From Nitrospirota bacterium (GTDB lineage Bacteria; Nitrospirota; UBA9217): 64,000 nt of DNA. The position numbers were made by a program, and so were the translations under genes. Location of the stretch: contig CAVTRN010000001.1 of NCBI GenBank assembly GCA_963737155.1, forward strand, positions 288,001-352,000, given 5' to 3'. The notes beneath the pieces were generated by a model that saw only the letters and a program-made list of their open reading frames with translations, was not told the DNA's origin and did not search any database. Shown piece after piece: positions 9,173 through 19,380 of this stretch (the first letter of the stretch is position 1; each line of letters begins with the position of its first letter).

Positions 9173-9437
9173 GTGGCCGTCTTTAGCAGTATTATCTGAT
9201 TGTGAAATATAGAGGAACACCAAGGGTAAACAAGTTAAGTTTGTTTCTGCCCCACCAGGCTCTCGCTGATCTCGCGCCGGGACCGAAATGGAAACGCTGA
9301 GGGGAATTAACCGATGGCCAGGCAGGAATCCTCCACTCTTTCCTAACCTACGAAGTATTTTCTCTTTCACACTTCATACAGAAATGAATGACATTTTCAT
9401 GCAAGTGCGCTATCATGAGCAGACATACTAAACCATT

Positions 9438-10226
9438 ATGCCCACCATTCGAGCAAAAAAATCGCTAGGTCAAAATTTTTTGAACGATCCACACTATCTT
9501 GAAAAGATCGTAGCCAGCGCCCGGATCACGTCCAGCGATCTCGTACTCGAAATCGGACCGGGGCTCGGTCATCTCACGCGTGTTCTCGCGGCGCGGGCCG
9601 GAAAGGTCCTTGCCCTCGAGCTGGATGAACGCCTCATCCCCCTTCTCCGGAAGGAATTCGCTGAATGCCGGAATGTCGAGATTATGCAGGCCGATGCTCT
9701 AACATTTCCTTACACCGCATTACCCGATAAATGGAAAGTAGTGGCGAATCTGCCTTATTACATTTCCACACCTATCATCCAGAAACTGCTCAGCCATCGG
9801 GACCGGTTCGACACATTCACCCTCATGCTCCAGAAAGAAGTTGCCGACCGAATCGCCTCCCCGCCGGGCAATAAAGAATACGGCTATCTTTCCGTGATCG
9901 TCCAGCTCCATGCTGTGCCGCGCATTGAGTTCGCGGTGCCTGCGGGAGCCTTCACCCCGAAGCCTAAAGTGGACTCGGCCGTTATAACGCTCGCACTGCG
10001 AGGTTCTCCCGCAGTTTTCATGAGGGATGAAAGCTCTTTTGTTCGTGTTGTCAAGGCGGCATTTTCTTGCCGAAGAAAAACCCTCAGAAACTCACTGAAG
10101 CAGCTCGACGCGCCAAAAGAAAAAATGGATGCCGTGCTCGATAGAACTGGCATCGATCTCGGCCGCAGGGCTGAGACATTGAGCGTCGAGGAATTCGCAC
10201 GTCTTGCCGACTTTCTGCTTTCCTGA
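9438..10226 (+). CDS. rsmA: 16S rRNA adenine dimethyltransferase
   Basis: KKSLGQNFL, EIGPGLG, ANLPYYISTP and RRKTLRN motifs. Confidence 0.97.
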   Translation: MPTIRAKKSLGQNFLNDPHYLEKIVASARITSSDLVLEIGPGLGHLTRVLAARAGKVLALELDERLIPLLRKEFAECRNVEIMQADALTFPYTALPDKWKVVANLPYYISTPIIQKLLSHRDRFDTFTLMLQKEVADRIASPPGNKEYGYLSVIVQLHAVPRIEFAVPAGAFTPKPKVDSAVITLALRGSPAVFMRDESSFVRVVKAAFSCRRKTLRNSLKQLDAPKEKMDAVLDRTGIDLGRRAETLSVEEFARLADFLLS

Positions 10227-10279
10227 ACCGGAGAGACCGCGAAAGCTGCCCCCCTGCCCGGCAAAAAAGCAATAAATCC

Positions 10280-10308
10280 TTGACTTTTACGCTTCTAATT
10301 GCTAAAGT
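10280..10308 (+). promoter_or_regulatory. sigma70 promoter of prfC (very short leader)
   Basis: TTGACT-17-TAAAGT, 12 nt before the ATG. Confidence 0.6.
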
Positions 10309-10320
10309 ACCAAGTTCACC

Positions 10321-11922
10321 ATGAGTTACGAAGACGAAATAAACAAACGGCGCACCTTTGCCATCATCAGCCATCCCGACGCAGGCAAGACCACGCTTAC
10401 CGAGAAGTTCCTGCTTTTTGGCGGTGCGATCCAGGTGGCAGGCGCAGTTAAGTCAAACAAAATCAGGAAGAGTACTGCCTCTGACTTCATGGATATCGAG
10501 CGCCAGCGCGGCATTTCCGTTGCCACGTCAGTCATGGGCTTTGATTACAGCGGCCTCAAGATAAACCTGCTCGATACCCCGGGCCACAAGGATTTTGCCG
10601 AGGACACCTACCGCACTCTTACAGCCGTTGACAGCGTCATCCTCGTCGTCGATTGCGTCAAAGGCGTGGAGGAGCAGACCGAGAAGCTTATGCAGGTTTG
10701 CCGAATGCGGAACACTCCGGTCATCATCTTCGTGAATAAGCTGGATCGGGAGGGGAAAATTCCCTTCGAACTGCTGGACGAGTTGGAGATCAAACTGAAC
10801 ATCCACGTGCAGCCACTCTCCTGGCCCATCAGCATGGGGACTTCATTCAAGGGCGTGTACAATCTTTACAATCACAGCCTTTACCTCTTCCGTCCCGGCG
10901 GGGCCACTGTTGCAGACGACGTGATTGCCATAAAGGGCCTCGACGATCGTATCCTTGACCAGCAGCTCGGCGACTATGCGGTAAAACTCCGCGAGGATGT
11001 GGAATTGATCGAAGGTACCCACAATCCTTTTGACGTCGGCGCCTATCTTCGCGGCGGACTTGCGCCGGTGTTCTTCGGCAGTGCGATCAACAACTTCGGC
11101 GTAAAGGAGCTTTTGGACACCTTTATTGAGATCGCACCCACTCCCGGAAGCCGTCCCACGGACCTGCGTGTGGTCGGTTCTGACGAAAAAAATTTCACCG
11201 GTTTTGTCTTCAAAATTCACGCGAACCTCGATCCGCGCCACCGCGACCGTATCGCCTTTATCCGTATCTGCTCAGGCAAGTTCGAACGTAACAAGATGTT
11301 TTATCATGTACGGATGAACAAGAGCATCCGTTTCACCAGCCCGGCCAGTTTCTTGGGAGCGCGCAAGAGCATCATCGACGAGGCCTATCCCGGCGACGTC
11401 ATCGGGTTATACGATACGGGAAATTTCAAGATCGGCGACACACTTACCGAAGGCGAGAGGATCATGTTCCAGGGAATCCCAACTTTTTCGCCCGAAGTAT
11501 TCAAGGAATTGATAAACTTGGACCCGTCGAAGTCCAAGCAGCTTTCCAAGGGCATAACGCAACTGACGGACGAGGGCGTGGCGCAGCTTTTCACGCAGCA
11601 ACAGGGAAATCGGAGGATCATCGGTACCGTGGGAGTGCTTCAATTCGACGTACTGCAATATCGACTGGAGCATGAATACGGAGCGAAATGCAGGTTTGAC
11701 CAAATGGCCACTTACAAAGCCTGCTGGATCACGGCGACAGATGAAAAGGAAATGAGTAAGTTTTGCAGGTTCAAGGCGGAACGTATCGCCATCGACAAGG
11801 ATGGCAACATTGTTTTTCTCGCCGAATCGGAATGGGTACTCCGGAACATGATCGAAGCCTACCCTGGGATCAAATTCCACTTCACTTCCGAGTTCAAGCG
11901 TGAAATGCAGGAAGTGAAATAG
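10321..11922 (+). CDS. prfC: Peptide chain release factor 3
   Basis: [26 protein letters not shown] and [17 protein letters not shown] motifs. Confidence 0.97.
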   Translation: MSYEDEINKRRTFAIISHPDAGKTTLTEKFLLFGGAIQVAGAVKSNKIRKSTASDFMDIERQRGISVATSVMGFDYSGLKINLLDTPGHKDFAEDTYRTLTAVDSVILVVDCVKGVEEQTEKLMQVCRMRNTPVIIFVNKLDREGKIPFELLDELEIKLNIHVQPLSWPISMGTSFKGVYNLYNHSLYLFRPGGATVADDVIAIKGLDDRILDQQLGDYAVKLREDVELIEGTHNPFDVGAYLRGGLAPVFFGSAINNFGVKELLDTFIEIAPTPGSRPTDLRVVGSDEKNFTGFVFKIHANLDPRHRDRIAFIRICSGKFERNKMFYHVRMNKSIRFTSPASFLGARKSIIDEAYPGDVIGLYDTGNFKIGDTLTEGERIMFQGIPTFSPEVFKELINLDPSKSKQLSKGITQLTDEGVAQLFTQQQGNRRIIGTVGVLQFDVLQYRLEHEYGAKCRFDQMATYKACWITATDEKEMSKFCRFKAERIAIDKDGNIVFLAESEWVLRNMIEAYPGIKFHFTSEFKREMQEVK

Positions 11923-12153
11923 CCGGCATTCTCCCCGTTTTCACGATTCCAACGCTTTCTCTCCCAGTTCTAACTCTTTCTTTCGTATTTAGACCCACTA
12001 GCGCCCCAAACGTTTTTCACCGGGAGGCATCTCATCGAATAATGGAAGCCCACGGCAATTTCCTGATGTCCGTAATGCGCTGATACGCCTTAAAAACGCC
12101 GGGATGGTGTAATTTCCCTCCCAAGCCCTGCTCGATCCCCTCAGGCACGATGC

Positions 12154-12191
12154 AAAAATAGCCCCTACCAGTACGGCAGGGGCTAAAAAAA
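12154..12191. terminator. Terminator hairpin between convergent prfC and trpB2
   Basis: AAAAATAGCCCCT..AGGGGCTAAAAAAA; U-tract on the minus strand. Confidence 0.7.
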
Positions 12192-12248
12192 TTCTGTTTT
12201 TTCTGCTCCAATTTCCTTGGTACAATCCTTCGCCTGAATCGGCTGCCG

Positions 12249-13607
12249 CTATAATTTCGGCAGCTTCTCCAGAGCCTTTTTGATGTCCTCTTCCGGATGC
12301 TCGTGGTCGAATAGCTTTCCTTCGCGGTAATCGGCATAGGCCTGCAGATCCAGATACCCGTGTCCGCTCAGGTTGAAGAGGATGGTCGTCTGCTTGCCCT
12401 CTTCTTTTGCGCGGAGCGCCTCGTCGATCGCGGCACGGACCGCGTGGCTGCTTTCAGGCGCCGGGATGATTGATTCGGTTCCGGCGAATAGGACTGCAGC
12501 TTCAAAGACCTTCGTCTGTGGATAGGCTTTTGCTTCGATGATCTTGTCGTGGTAGAGTTGGGAAACAAGCGGCGAGTCTCCATGGTATCGGAGTCCTCCG
12601 GCATGAATGCCCGCCGGCATGAAATCGTGGCCGAGGGTGTACATGGTCATGAGCGGCGTCATCCCCGCAACATCGCCGAAGTCATAACAGAATGCGCCTT
12701 TGGTCAGGGTGGGGCAGGAGGTTGGCTCCACGGCTATAGCGCGGAGATCCTTCTTCTTGCCTGAAAGTTTGTCATGAAGGAAGGGGAAGGATATTCCCGC
12801 GAAATTGCTCCCGCCTCCGCAGCATCCGATCACGATGTCGGGATAATCGCCGGCGATCTCCATCTGTTTCTTGGCCTCCTGTCCGATGACAGTCTGGTGC
12901 AAACACACATGGTTCAGCACCGATCCCAGCGCATAGTTCGTATCATCGTGCGTTGCAGCGTCTTCGACCGCTTCGGAGATGGCAATGCCGAGGCTGCCGG
13001 TACTGTTGGGATCAGCTTCGAGGATCTTTCGTCCCGCATTGGTGGCCGTTGACGGGCTCGCATGCACGGAAGCGCCCCACGTTTCCATCATCATCCTGCG
13101 GTATGGTTTCTGCCCGAAGCTCACCTTTACCATGTAAACCGTGACGTCGAGGCCAAAGAGCTTGCCTGCAAGCGCCATCGCCGAACCCCATTGTCCCGCG
13201 CCTGTCTCGGTGGCAATGCGCTTGATGCCCGCCTTCTTGTTGTAGTAAGCCTGTGGAATGGATGTGTTCGGCTTGTGGCTGCCCGCAGGACTTACGCCTT
13301 CATACTTGTAGTAGATCTTCGCCGGCGTGTTAAGTGCTTTTTCGAGCCGGTGCGCGCGATACAGCGGCGATGGCCTCCAGAGCGAGTAAATGTCAATAAC
13401 CTCTTCGGGAATATCAATCCACCGATCCTGGCTTACCTCCTGCAGAATGAGATCCATGGGGAAGATGGGCTTCAGGTCGTCGGGACCGATGGGCTGCTTG
13501 GTCCCCGGATGGAGCGGCGGCTTGGGCAAGTTCGGCATGTCCGCCATGATATTGTACCACTTTGTCGGTATTTCCTTATCAGAGAGTAAAATTTTGGTCT
13601 GCCTCAT
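12249..13607 (-). CDS. trpB2: TrpB-like PLP enzyme (TrpB2, stand-alone tryptophan synthase beta)
   Basis: PAGSHKPN (PLP Lys), [19 protein letters not shown] and FNLSGHG; no trpA nearby. Confidence 0.93.
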   Translation of the reverse strand: MRQTKILLSDKEIPTKWYNIMADMPNLPKPPLHPGTKQPIGPDDLKPIFPMDLILQEVSQDRWIDIPEEVIDIYSLWRPSPLYRAHRLEKALNTPAKIYYKYEGVSPAGSHKPNTSIPQAYYNKKAGIKRIATETGAGQWGSAMALAGKLFGLDVTVYMVKVSFGQKPYRRMMMETWGASVHASPSTATNAGRKILEADPNSTGSLGIAISEAVEDAATHDDTNYALGSVLNHVCLHQTVIGQEAKKQMEIAGDYPDIVIGCCGGGSNFAGISFPFLHDKLSGKKKDLRAIAVEPTSCPTLTKGAFCYDFGDVAGMTPLMTMYTLGHDFMPAGIHAGGLRYHGDSPLVSQLYHDKIIEAKAYPQTKVFEAAVLFAGTESIIPAPESSHAVRAAIDEALRAKEEGKQTTILFNLSGHGYLDLQAYADYREGKLFDHEHPEEDIKKALEKLPKL

Positions 13608-14128
13608 TTACATCCTCCTGCTCAGTAGAGTCGTTTGCGGATAATGCGCCACCGTCTTTTTTTATACTGTTCCCACGGCTTTCTCAATGGTTTTTTTTCA
13701 CACAGAATCGGATGAACCCGAGTTAATGTAGTCATAGATGACTATGGATTTACAGGGATAGGGAGAACATAAGAAAAAGAATCCATTATTCCCTGGGTGA
13801 AGCCCTATCGCGGATTAGGTCTTGTTTTTGGGTTACAGCTTAACGACTGAGAAACACGTTTTCATACAGAATTATAATAAAAATCATTATTCCGCCGACC
13901 CTTGCTTTTTTTGGCAACAGCCGAGGGCTTGTCCCGACTCGTCTCCTTCCCCACGAGCAATAACGCCACGATTTCCGGCAAGCGGAAACCACATCAAAGG
14001 CTTACAGCCTGAAAGTTACGGTGTTCACGTTGGAAAAAGGAATCATTCATCGAATGAAATTCGTTCTCCACAAACCCTGCTGCCAGATTCCCACTGAGCT
14101 CATCAATGGTTCTAACCAAGTTTCCGGT

Positions 14129-14404
14129 TCACAGGCCGATGGTAAACATGCTTTCCAGATCGTGCCGGGAGTATACGCGAAAGGCTATGAGCGTTTCCGA
14201 TTTTAGGATCCCTTCCACCTTCAGCATGTGGTTTGTTACAAGCTCCGCCAGTTGTTCGTTGTCCTTTGCCCGGATGATCACCACGAGATCGTACCTGCCT
14301 GCTATGGAATAGACTTCCGAAATGCCTTCCATATCGGCAAGCGATTCCGCCACTGTATTCACCCTGTCCCGCGAAACATTCAAAAGTACCATGGCGGTAA
14401 CCAT
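14129..14404 (-). CDS. Lrp/AsnC ligand-binding (RAM) domain protein
   Basis: EVYSIAGRYDLVVII motif, 91 aa, no HTH; GGAGG RBS. Confidence 0.88.
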   Translation of the reverse strand: MVTAMVLLNVSRDRVNTVAESLADMEGISEVYSIAGRYDLVVIIRAKDNEQLAELVTNHMLKVEGILKSETLIAFRVYSRHDLESMFTIGL

Positions 14405-14472
14405 GAGTAGCCTCCTCGTCTGTAATAATGCGTAATTATATCAGATTTATTTGTAAAGCGGCAACAAACAAA

Positions 14473-15387
14473 TCAGCGGTTGTCACATCGGGGATCAGGA
14501 GCTTCCAGGTTACCGCATATTTGAAGGGCCTGTGCAGGGCAGCCGCCATGGCATTGTGTATGAAGGCGGCAAGAGAGCTGCCTGCACGCATTCCCCTGTG
14601 CGGTGCGGAAAAAGGAAAGTGCAGGGTGGTTCCATATCCTTGTGAAGGAATCATGCAGGATGTTTCCCAAGAAAAATTCTTTTCTGCCGAAGAAAAGATT
14701 GCAGGGGTAGGTTGCGCCGTCCGGCATCACGCCCAGCTTTGTGGTCCCTGCAGGGCATCGGACCAGTGAGAGCTCCCTGGCATTTCCAAAATCGGGCAGG
14801 AAACCCGAGCAGTACACCGCACCAACTTGTCGGGGATCATAATGCTGTTGCACGGCCAAGGCGAACCGATGAAAGGGGACTGTATTGCTCAGATCACCCG
14901 CTTCCGTCGCTTCGCGGTAAATCAGGTAGAATCTGCTCGGCTTGAGCGAGAGAATGGTTTGTATCATAGTTGCGTCCAGATCACCGGTGAACACGGTTTT
15001 AACAATAGGCTTGCGAAGCCAGATAAATTCACTAGTCTGATTTAACGTCTCACTATCATTGATAGAGATGCCGACAGTAACCTGTCTCCCCACCGCCATA
15101 ATTTTTTCTAGTACGGCGAGATTCGATCCGTTCGAGCTGACATTCGCGGAAAAACCTGATTGCACAGCCTTGCGAATGAAGTAGACAATGTCAGGATGCA
15201 AAGTCGGCTCACCGCCAATGACGTCAATGGTTTTTACGGAAGCTCTTTTGAGCGCCACTATCATGGCATTGAACGAATCAGGCGACATGTCCTGGCCAGC
15301 CGTCATGAATCGATTAAAGCAGAATTTACAGGACCGGTTGCACCGGAGGGTAGGATAGAATTGTATGTAGTCCGGACCTTTTCTCAT
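14473..15387 (-). CDS. Radical SAM protein with SPASM domain
   Basis: CNRSCKFC and GGEP; SPASM Cys set CPAG..PDG.YPC..C..C..CHGGC..PDPRC. Confidence 0.9.
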   Translation of the reverse strand: MRKGPDYIQFYPTLRCNRSCKFCFNRFMTAGQDMSPDSFNAMIVALKRASVKTIDVIGGEPTLHPDIVYFIRKAVQSGFSANVSSNGSNLAVLEKIMAVGRQVTVGISINDSETLNQTSEFIWLRKPIVKTVFTGDLDATMIQTILSLKPSRFYLIYREATEAGDLSNTVPFHRFALAVQQHYDPRQVGAVYCSGFLPDFGNARELSLVRCPAGTTKLGVMPDGATYPCNLFFGRKEFFLGNILHDSFTRIWNHPALSFFRTAQGNACRQLSCRLHTQCHGGCPAQALQICGNLEAPDPRCDNR

Positions 15388-15614
15388 GATTCGAATTCGT
15401 ATTTCGGCCTAATGACACAAGGTTCGCCAACGGTCCCTTTTAAGTTATGATTTTACGGCTAAAGAATCAAATTCTCATAAAAAAAGGGAAGTTCCCCATA
15501 GAGTGCACGGCGAGCACAGCGAGAGAATAAGGCAGCTTAAGGGTAAATTTGTTTATTGTAAAATTCTCTTTTGCCTCTGGACCAAGAGCCTCTTCCGGTT
15601 CCTAGTTGCTCGGG

Positions 15615-16505
15615 TCAGGAAATACTGTACGATCTACCGGTCTTTTTTATGAACCCTTCTTTCGCTAGTTGTGCCAGGTTCTTCTGGACCCGTTCCCGTT
15701 CCATGCCAGTCGCCGTCACAATCTGCGCTGTTGTGAGCGGAGATTGCGCAACGAGCGCCTTCACAATCTTCCCCCGTACCTGACGGTTAGAATTCTCAAA
15801 AGGGGCCTGTCGAATATAATGCGCGCTCTTCCTGTTGGGATTCACATGTTTATTCTTCAGCATGGAACCATAATCCATCAGGGCATTGTACCATCTGCGC
15901 GGACTCAACCTGTCCATCGTCTGCTCGACAATCGGAATAAGCTCGTTGTCATGGATGTTCTCGCGGTCTTGTAAAAACTCATGGATGTAAACTCGCCTGA
16001 TGTTCGTGTCCATAAACACCACGGGCTTGTTGAACGCAAAAGCGCTGACAGCCCCGGCAGTGTACTTTCCAATTCCGGGAAGACCGATTAGTTTCTCAGG
16101 ATCTGAGGGGAGCCTGCCACGATGGTCTTCCATGACTTTCTCCGCCAGCGCCTTGAGCGCCAGGGCGCGGCGATTGTATCCCATACCGGACCAGATTGCG
16201 AGGAGTTCCGGAAGCTCCGCTTTCGCGAGCGCGGGAAAATCGGGGAACACCCCGAGAAACTCCTGGTACTTCTCGATTACCCGCTCGACCTGGGTCTGCT
16301 GGAGCATGATCTCGGAGACCAGAACGCGATAGGGGTTGAGGCGTTTGCGCCAGGGCAGGCTGCGGCCTTCGGCTTCAAAATAATCGTATATTTTTTTTTG
16401 GAATTTTCGGATCTGCGATACAGTCAAGGCTTTCAAGTCCTTTTTTGGGATTTCACGGCTGCTGAAGCGTTCATCGAGCCTATCCGGAATACTGGAGCAA
16501 ATCAT
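15615..16505 (-). CDS. mutY: MutY-like A/G-specific adenine glycosylase lacking the 4Fe-4S motif
   Basis: LPWR, VSEIMLQQTQV, WSGMGYNRR, LPGIGKYTA and DTNIRRV; ATGA overlap with smr. Confidence 0.85.
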   Translation of the reverse strand: MICSSIPDRLDERFSSREIPKKDLKALTVSQIRKFQKKIYDYFEAEGRSLPWRKRLNPYRVLVSEIMLQQTQVERVIEKYQEFLGVFPDFPALAKAELPELLAIWSGMGYNRRALALKALAEKVMEDHRGRLPSDPEKLIGLPGIGKYTAGAVSAFAFNKPVVFMDTNIRRVYIHEFLQDRENIHDNELIPIVEQTMDRLSPRRWYNALMDYGSMLKNKHVNPNRKSAHYIRQAPFENSNRQVRGKIVKALVAQSPLTTAQIVTATGMERERVQKNLAQLAKEGFIKKTGRSYSIS

Positions 16506-17149
16506 TTCTTCCTGAGCAGTACATACAGCGCGCCGAGTCCACCATCGCACTGACGTGCGGTGACGTAAGCGAGGATGTCTTTCCTAAAATGTCCGGAAAG
16601 CCGTTTGATCACCGAGTACTTGATGCGGGGTCCCATGACAGAACGAAGTCCCCTGCCGTGGATTATCTTTATACAGCGGTGCCCCTTCCTAAATGAGTCA
16701 AGTATAAATTGATCAAGTTCTTCTTCTGCCTCAGGAACGGTACAGCCATGCAGATCGAGAAAAGCCTGGACCGCGAACTGCCCTTCATGCAGCTTCGGAA
16801 TAACCGAATCATGATGATCCGGATTCACCCATTCCACGTACTCCTGCGTATCAGGGAGATTGATCGGCCGGTGCCCTGCTGCGATCTCTACAAAGGCATC
16901 GAGTGCTTCTTTGTCAGGATCGCATCGCGGTGGTCTTGATTTGGCGCTCTTCCGCTGACGACGAGCGCAGACGAGTGAGCGAAATTCCAGGATCTCCTGA
17001 ACGTCATTCATTTCGCGGTCAAACAACTCTTCAGCAGTGTATTCTTTTTTTACCTTTGGGCGGGGAGGCAGGGGTGCGGCAGTATCCTGTGCGGCAATCT
17101 TTTTTCCCAGCTTCTCAAAAGGGCGGCTGGCAAAGGTCTTATTGCTCAT
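16502..17149 (-). CDS. Smr/MutS2 C-terminal domain endonuclease
   Basis: LDLHG, IIHGRG and DGGLGALYVLLR motifs. Confidence 0.9.
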   Translation of the reverse strand: MSNKTFASRPFEKLGKKIAAQDTAAPLPPRPKVKKEYTAEELFDREMNDVQEILEFRSLVCARRQRKSAKSRPPRCDPDKEALDAFVEIAAGHRPINLPDTQEYVEWVNPDHHDSVIPKLHEGQFAVQAFLDLHGCTVPEAEEELDQFILDSFRKGHRCIKIIHGRGLRSVMGPRIKYSVIKRLSGHFRKDILAYVTARQCDGGLGALYVLLRKK

Positions 17150-17160
17150 GGAGAACCTCT

Positions 17161-17246
17161 GATGCTACGAGAAATCCGATCCGAATCAGAAGGGCGTCTC
17201 TCGCAGAGGGGGAAAGCTGAAGTCCACGTCGGATGTGTCGAGCATC
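17161..17246. repeat. Imperfect ~19-bp inverted repeat (MITE/REP-like remnant)
   Basis: GATGCTACGAGAAATCCGA versus reverse complement GATGCTCGACACATCCGA. Confidence 0.5.
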
Positions 17247-17292
17247 CGCGTTCATGTGCGAAACTGCCGCCACGAACTTTTATAAAAAAATC

Positions 17293-17658
17293 AGAGCGGG
17301 CCGTAAGCCGAGTTCTGTGCCCCGGTTGCCCGGGTGATGGTCATTTATCTGGGCCGTCGATTGCTCGAAGGCACGAGCGACCTACCCGGAAGTCTCGGAC
17401 GGGCCGTCCTTACCCCCTTGCGGGGGATGCTTCCCTATGTGGTCTTGCTCCAGGCGGGGTTTTCCAAGTACTCCCGGTCACCCGGGAATCTGGTGGGTTC
17501 TTACCCCACCGTTTCACCCTTACCCCTGCGCGGGGCGGTTTTCTTTTCTGTGGCACTATCCATGGGGTCGCCCCCTGTCCCGTTTCGGGACCGCCTTGCC
17601 CTGCGGAGCTCGGACTTTCCTCCCCCCGTTGCCGGAGAGCGATCATCTCACCCACTCT
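17293..17658 (-). ncRNA. rnpB: RNase P RNA (class A)
   Basis: Minus strand reads GAGTGGG..GAGGAAAGTCCGAGCTCC, AGTGCCACAGAAA, GGTGAAACGGTGGGGTAAG, GGAGCAAG and ACAGAACTCGGCTTAC. Confidence 0.97.
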
Positions 17659-17756
17659 GATACCATAATTTTACTGCAAAAGTCGCTGAGACTACGGCAA
17701 AACTTAATGCTTGCCGCGATAAAATATTATTTATTCCTCCTCTATGCGCCCTTGGG

Positions 17757-18176
17757 TTAAACTATTTTTTCATCAATTGCCTTGTTCGCCAGCGCGTCGG
17801 CTTCCTTGTTCTGCGCCCTCGGAATATATTGTACCTCAACATTGGCGATCTTTGCAATAAGTTCCTTGGCCCTGTGGTGGAGCGGCTTCAGGCCTTCATT
17901 TTTCACTTTATACTGACCATTCAGCTGCTTTACAAGCAGCTCCGAATCCGCAAAGAGTCTGACGCTCGAAGCACCGAGTTTCACGGCATGCTCTATCCCC
18001 ATGATCGCGGCGGTATATTCGGCAATATTGTTCGTTGTCGTCCCCAGATACCTTGCCAGCTTCGCCACAGGCTTGTTGCCCTGGAGGATCAGTACGCCAG
18101 CCCCTGCCTCGCCCGGATTGTTCCTTGAGGCGCCGTCCGTAAAGATGGTCAGTTCATTGGCGTCTGGTGTAGTCAA
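17757..18176 (-). CDS. rnhA: Ribonuclease HI
   Basis: FTDGASRNNPG, TNNIAEY, DSELLVKQ and NKEADALAN motifs. Confidence 0.92.
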   Translation of the reverse strand: MTTPDANELTIFTDGASRNNPGEAGAGVLILQGNKPVAKLARYLGTTTNNIAEYTAAIMGIEHAVKLGASSVRLFADSELLVKQLNGQYKVKNEGLKPLHHRAKELIAKIANVEVQYIPRAQNKEADALANKAIDEKIV

Positions 18177-18279
18177 GATTCGTCCCTTTCTGCAATTTCA
18201 AAAAAGCGTGAATAACACGGAGGAAAAACGGAAAATGCGGCTCTTTTCGAAGTGCTTCGAATCGAGTTTTTCGTCCCAC

Positions 18280-19005
18280 TCAGCTGTTTTTCTGGACAAT
18301 CGATTCTTTATAGTAGAGAATGCGCCCGCACTGAGGACAGGTAATGATGCTTTCGTTTTTCTTAACGTTCACGAACACCTGCGGCGGAATGCTCATGTAA
18401 CAGCCGGAACATGCCTCTCCCCGGGCTTCGGCAATGGCGATGCCTGCTTTGCTGAGGAGGAGCTTCTGGTATTGAGCAAGTACGGCGGGTTGTATCCGGG
18501 ATATGTGTTCCTGACGGCCCTGTACCACCTTGGTTATTTCCTTTTCAATCTTGCTGAATGTTGTCTCCAACTCCGTCTTTTCGGCATGTATTGCCGCTTC
18601 ATCGTCCTTCGCCTTCTGCTCCATATCAGTAATCGCCGCGGAAGCCGCGTCGATCTTCTCCATCAACGAGAGAATATCGTCTTCGATGGCTTTGTTCTCC
18701 AGCTCAGCGGCCTCAATTTCTTTCAGCAACGCCTGATATTCTTTGTTGTTCTTGATCTCCGAAGAACGGGTCTTCAGTTTTTCGACTTTTTGGATACCCA
18801 CTTCAAGGTCCTTGTCCCGGTCACGTTTGTTCTTCTGCGCTGCCAAAAGGTTCCCTCTGGTCTTTTCGAGGTCCTCCTGGATTACAGCATGTTTGTTTTC
18901 CAGGTTCGCCAGTGCGTCGGGCATCCGATCTTTTTGTTCGACAAGAGCGCGGATCTTCCCGTCGATTTCCTGTAGTTGAATGAGCAGGTTAAGCTGGTCG
19001 TCCAT
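18280..19005 (-). CDS. Coiled-coil C4 zinc-ribbon protein (DUF164/CT398-like)
   Basis: Long coiled coil, then CSGC and CPQCGRILY. Confidence 0.9.
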   Translation of the reverse strand: MDDQLNLLIQLQEIDGKIRALVEQKDRMPDALANLENKHAVIQEDLEKTRGNLLAAQKNKRDRDKDLEVGIQKVEKLKTRSSEIKNNKEYQALLKEIEAAELENKAIEDDILSLMEKIDAASAAITDMEQKAKDDEAAIHAEKTELETTFSKIEKEITKVVQGRQEHISRIQPAVLAQYQKLLLSKAGIAIAEARGEACSGCYMSIPPQVFVNVKKNESIITCPQCGRILYYKESIVQKNS

Positions 19006-19020
19006 CAATCCTCCAAAAAT

Positions 19021-19047
19021 AAAAATGCGCCTTGCGGCGCATTTTTC
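19021..19047. terminator. Terminator downstream of the tRNA
   Basis: AAAAATGCGCC-TTGC-GGCGCATTTTT. Confidence 0.75.
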
Positions 19048-19144
19048 TTAAAAGGTGATCGGCTCTGTTGAATGCCGTCCATAACGCTGTATGTTGTTGC
19101 CGATAAAGTCGACTGCATGTGCATCATACCCTTCCGTCAGAGAG

Positions 19145-19220
19145 TGGTGGGCCCACCAGGACTCGAACCTGGGACCAACCGGTTATGAGCCGGTAGCTCT
19201 ACCAACTGAGCTATGGGCCC
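19145..19220 (-). tRNA. tRNA with CAT anticodon, most likely tRNA-Ile2 (lysidine)
   Basis: GGGCCCATAGCTCAGTTGGTAGAGCTACCGGCT-CAT-AACCGG..GGTTCGAGTCC..GGGCCCACCA, 76 nt. Paired G1-C72 and no GGG/CCC initiator stem; located after rpoD. Confidence 0.92.
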
Positions 19221-19380
19221 TGCGGATATTCTTAAAAAATTGCCTTCGCGAAACGATTTCCCCCGTCCTGAGCATGCACCTTGTCCCTTGCGAAGATGAT
19301 CTTGTCAGGCACGCTGGAACGACGCACATATTGACATAAAGCCTGGCAAATGTCAAGGTAAGGCACCGCAAAACAGCAGG

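Noticed and set aside
12040-12100. Fluoride riboswitch-like GGCAAT..GCTGATACGCCT
   Set aside because: It lacks the GGNRAUGR..RYCC stem and lies between convergent gene ends.
14129-15387. Alternative heme biosynthesis (AhbAB/AhbCD) interpretation of the Lrp-like and SPASM genes
   Set aside because: The Lrp-like protein has no HTH and is too short for AhbA/B, and there are no other heme genes nearby.
17162-17760. Several ORFs in the track
   Set aside because: They overlap the RNase P RNA gene and are stop-poor because of its GC-rich structure.
19145-19220. Calling the CAT tRNA initiator Met
   Set aside because: G1-C72 is paired and there is no three-G:C anticodon stem. The sequence type and position after rpoD fit Ile2, though elongator Met is not fully excluded.
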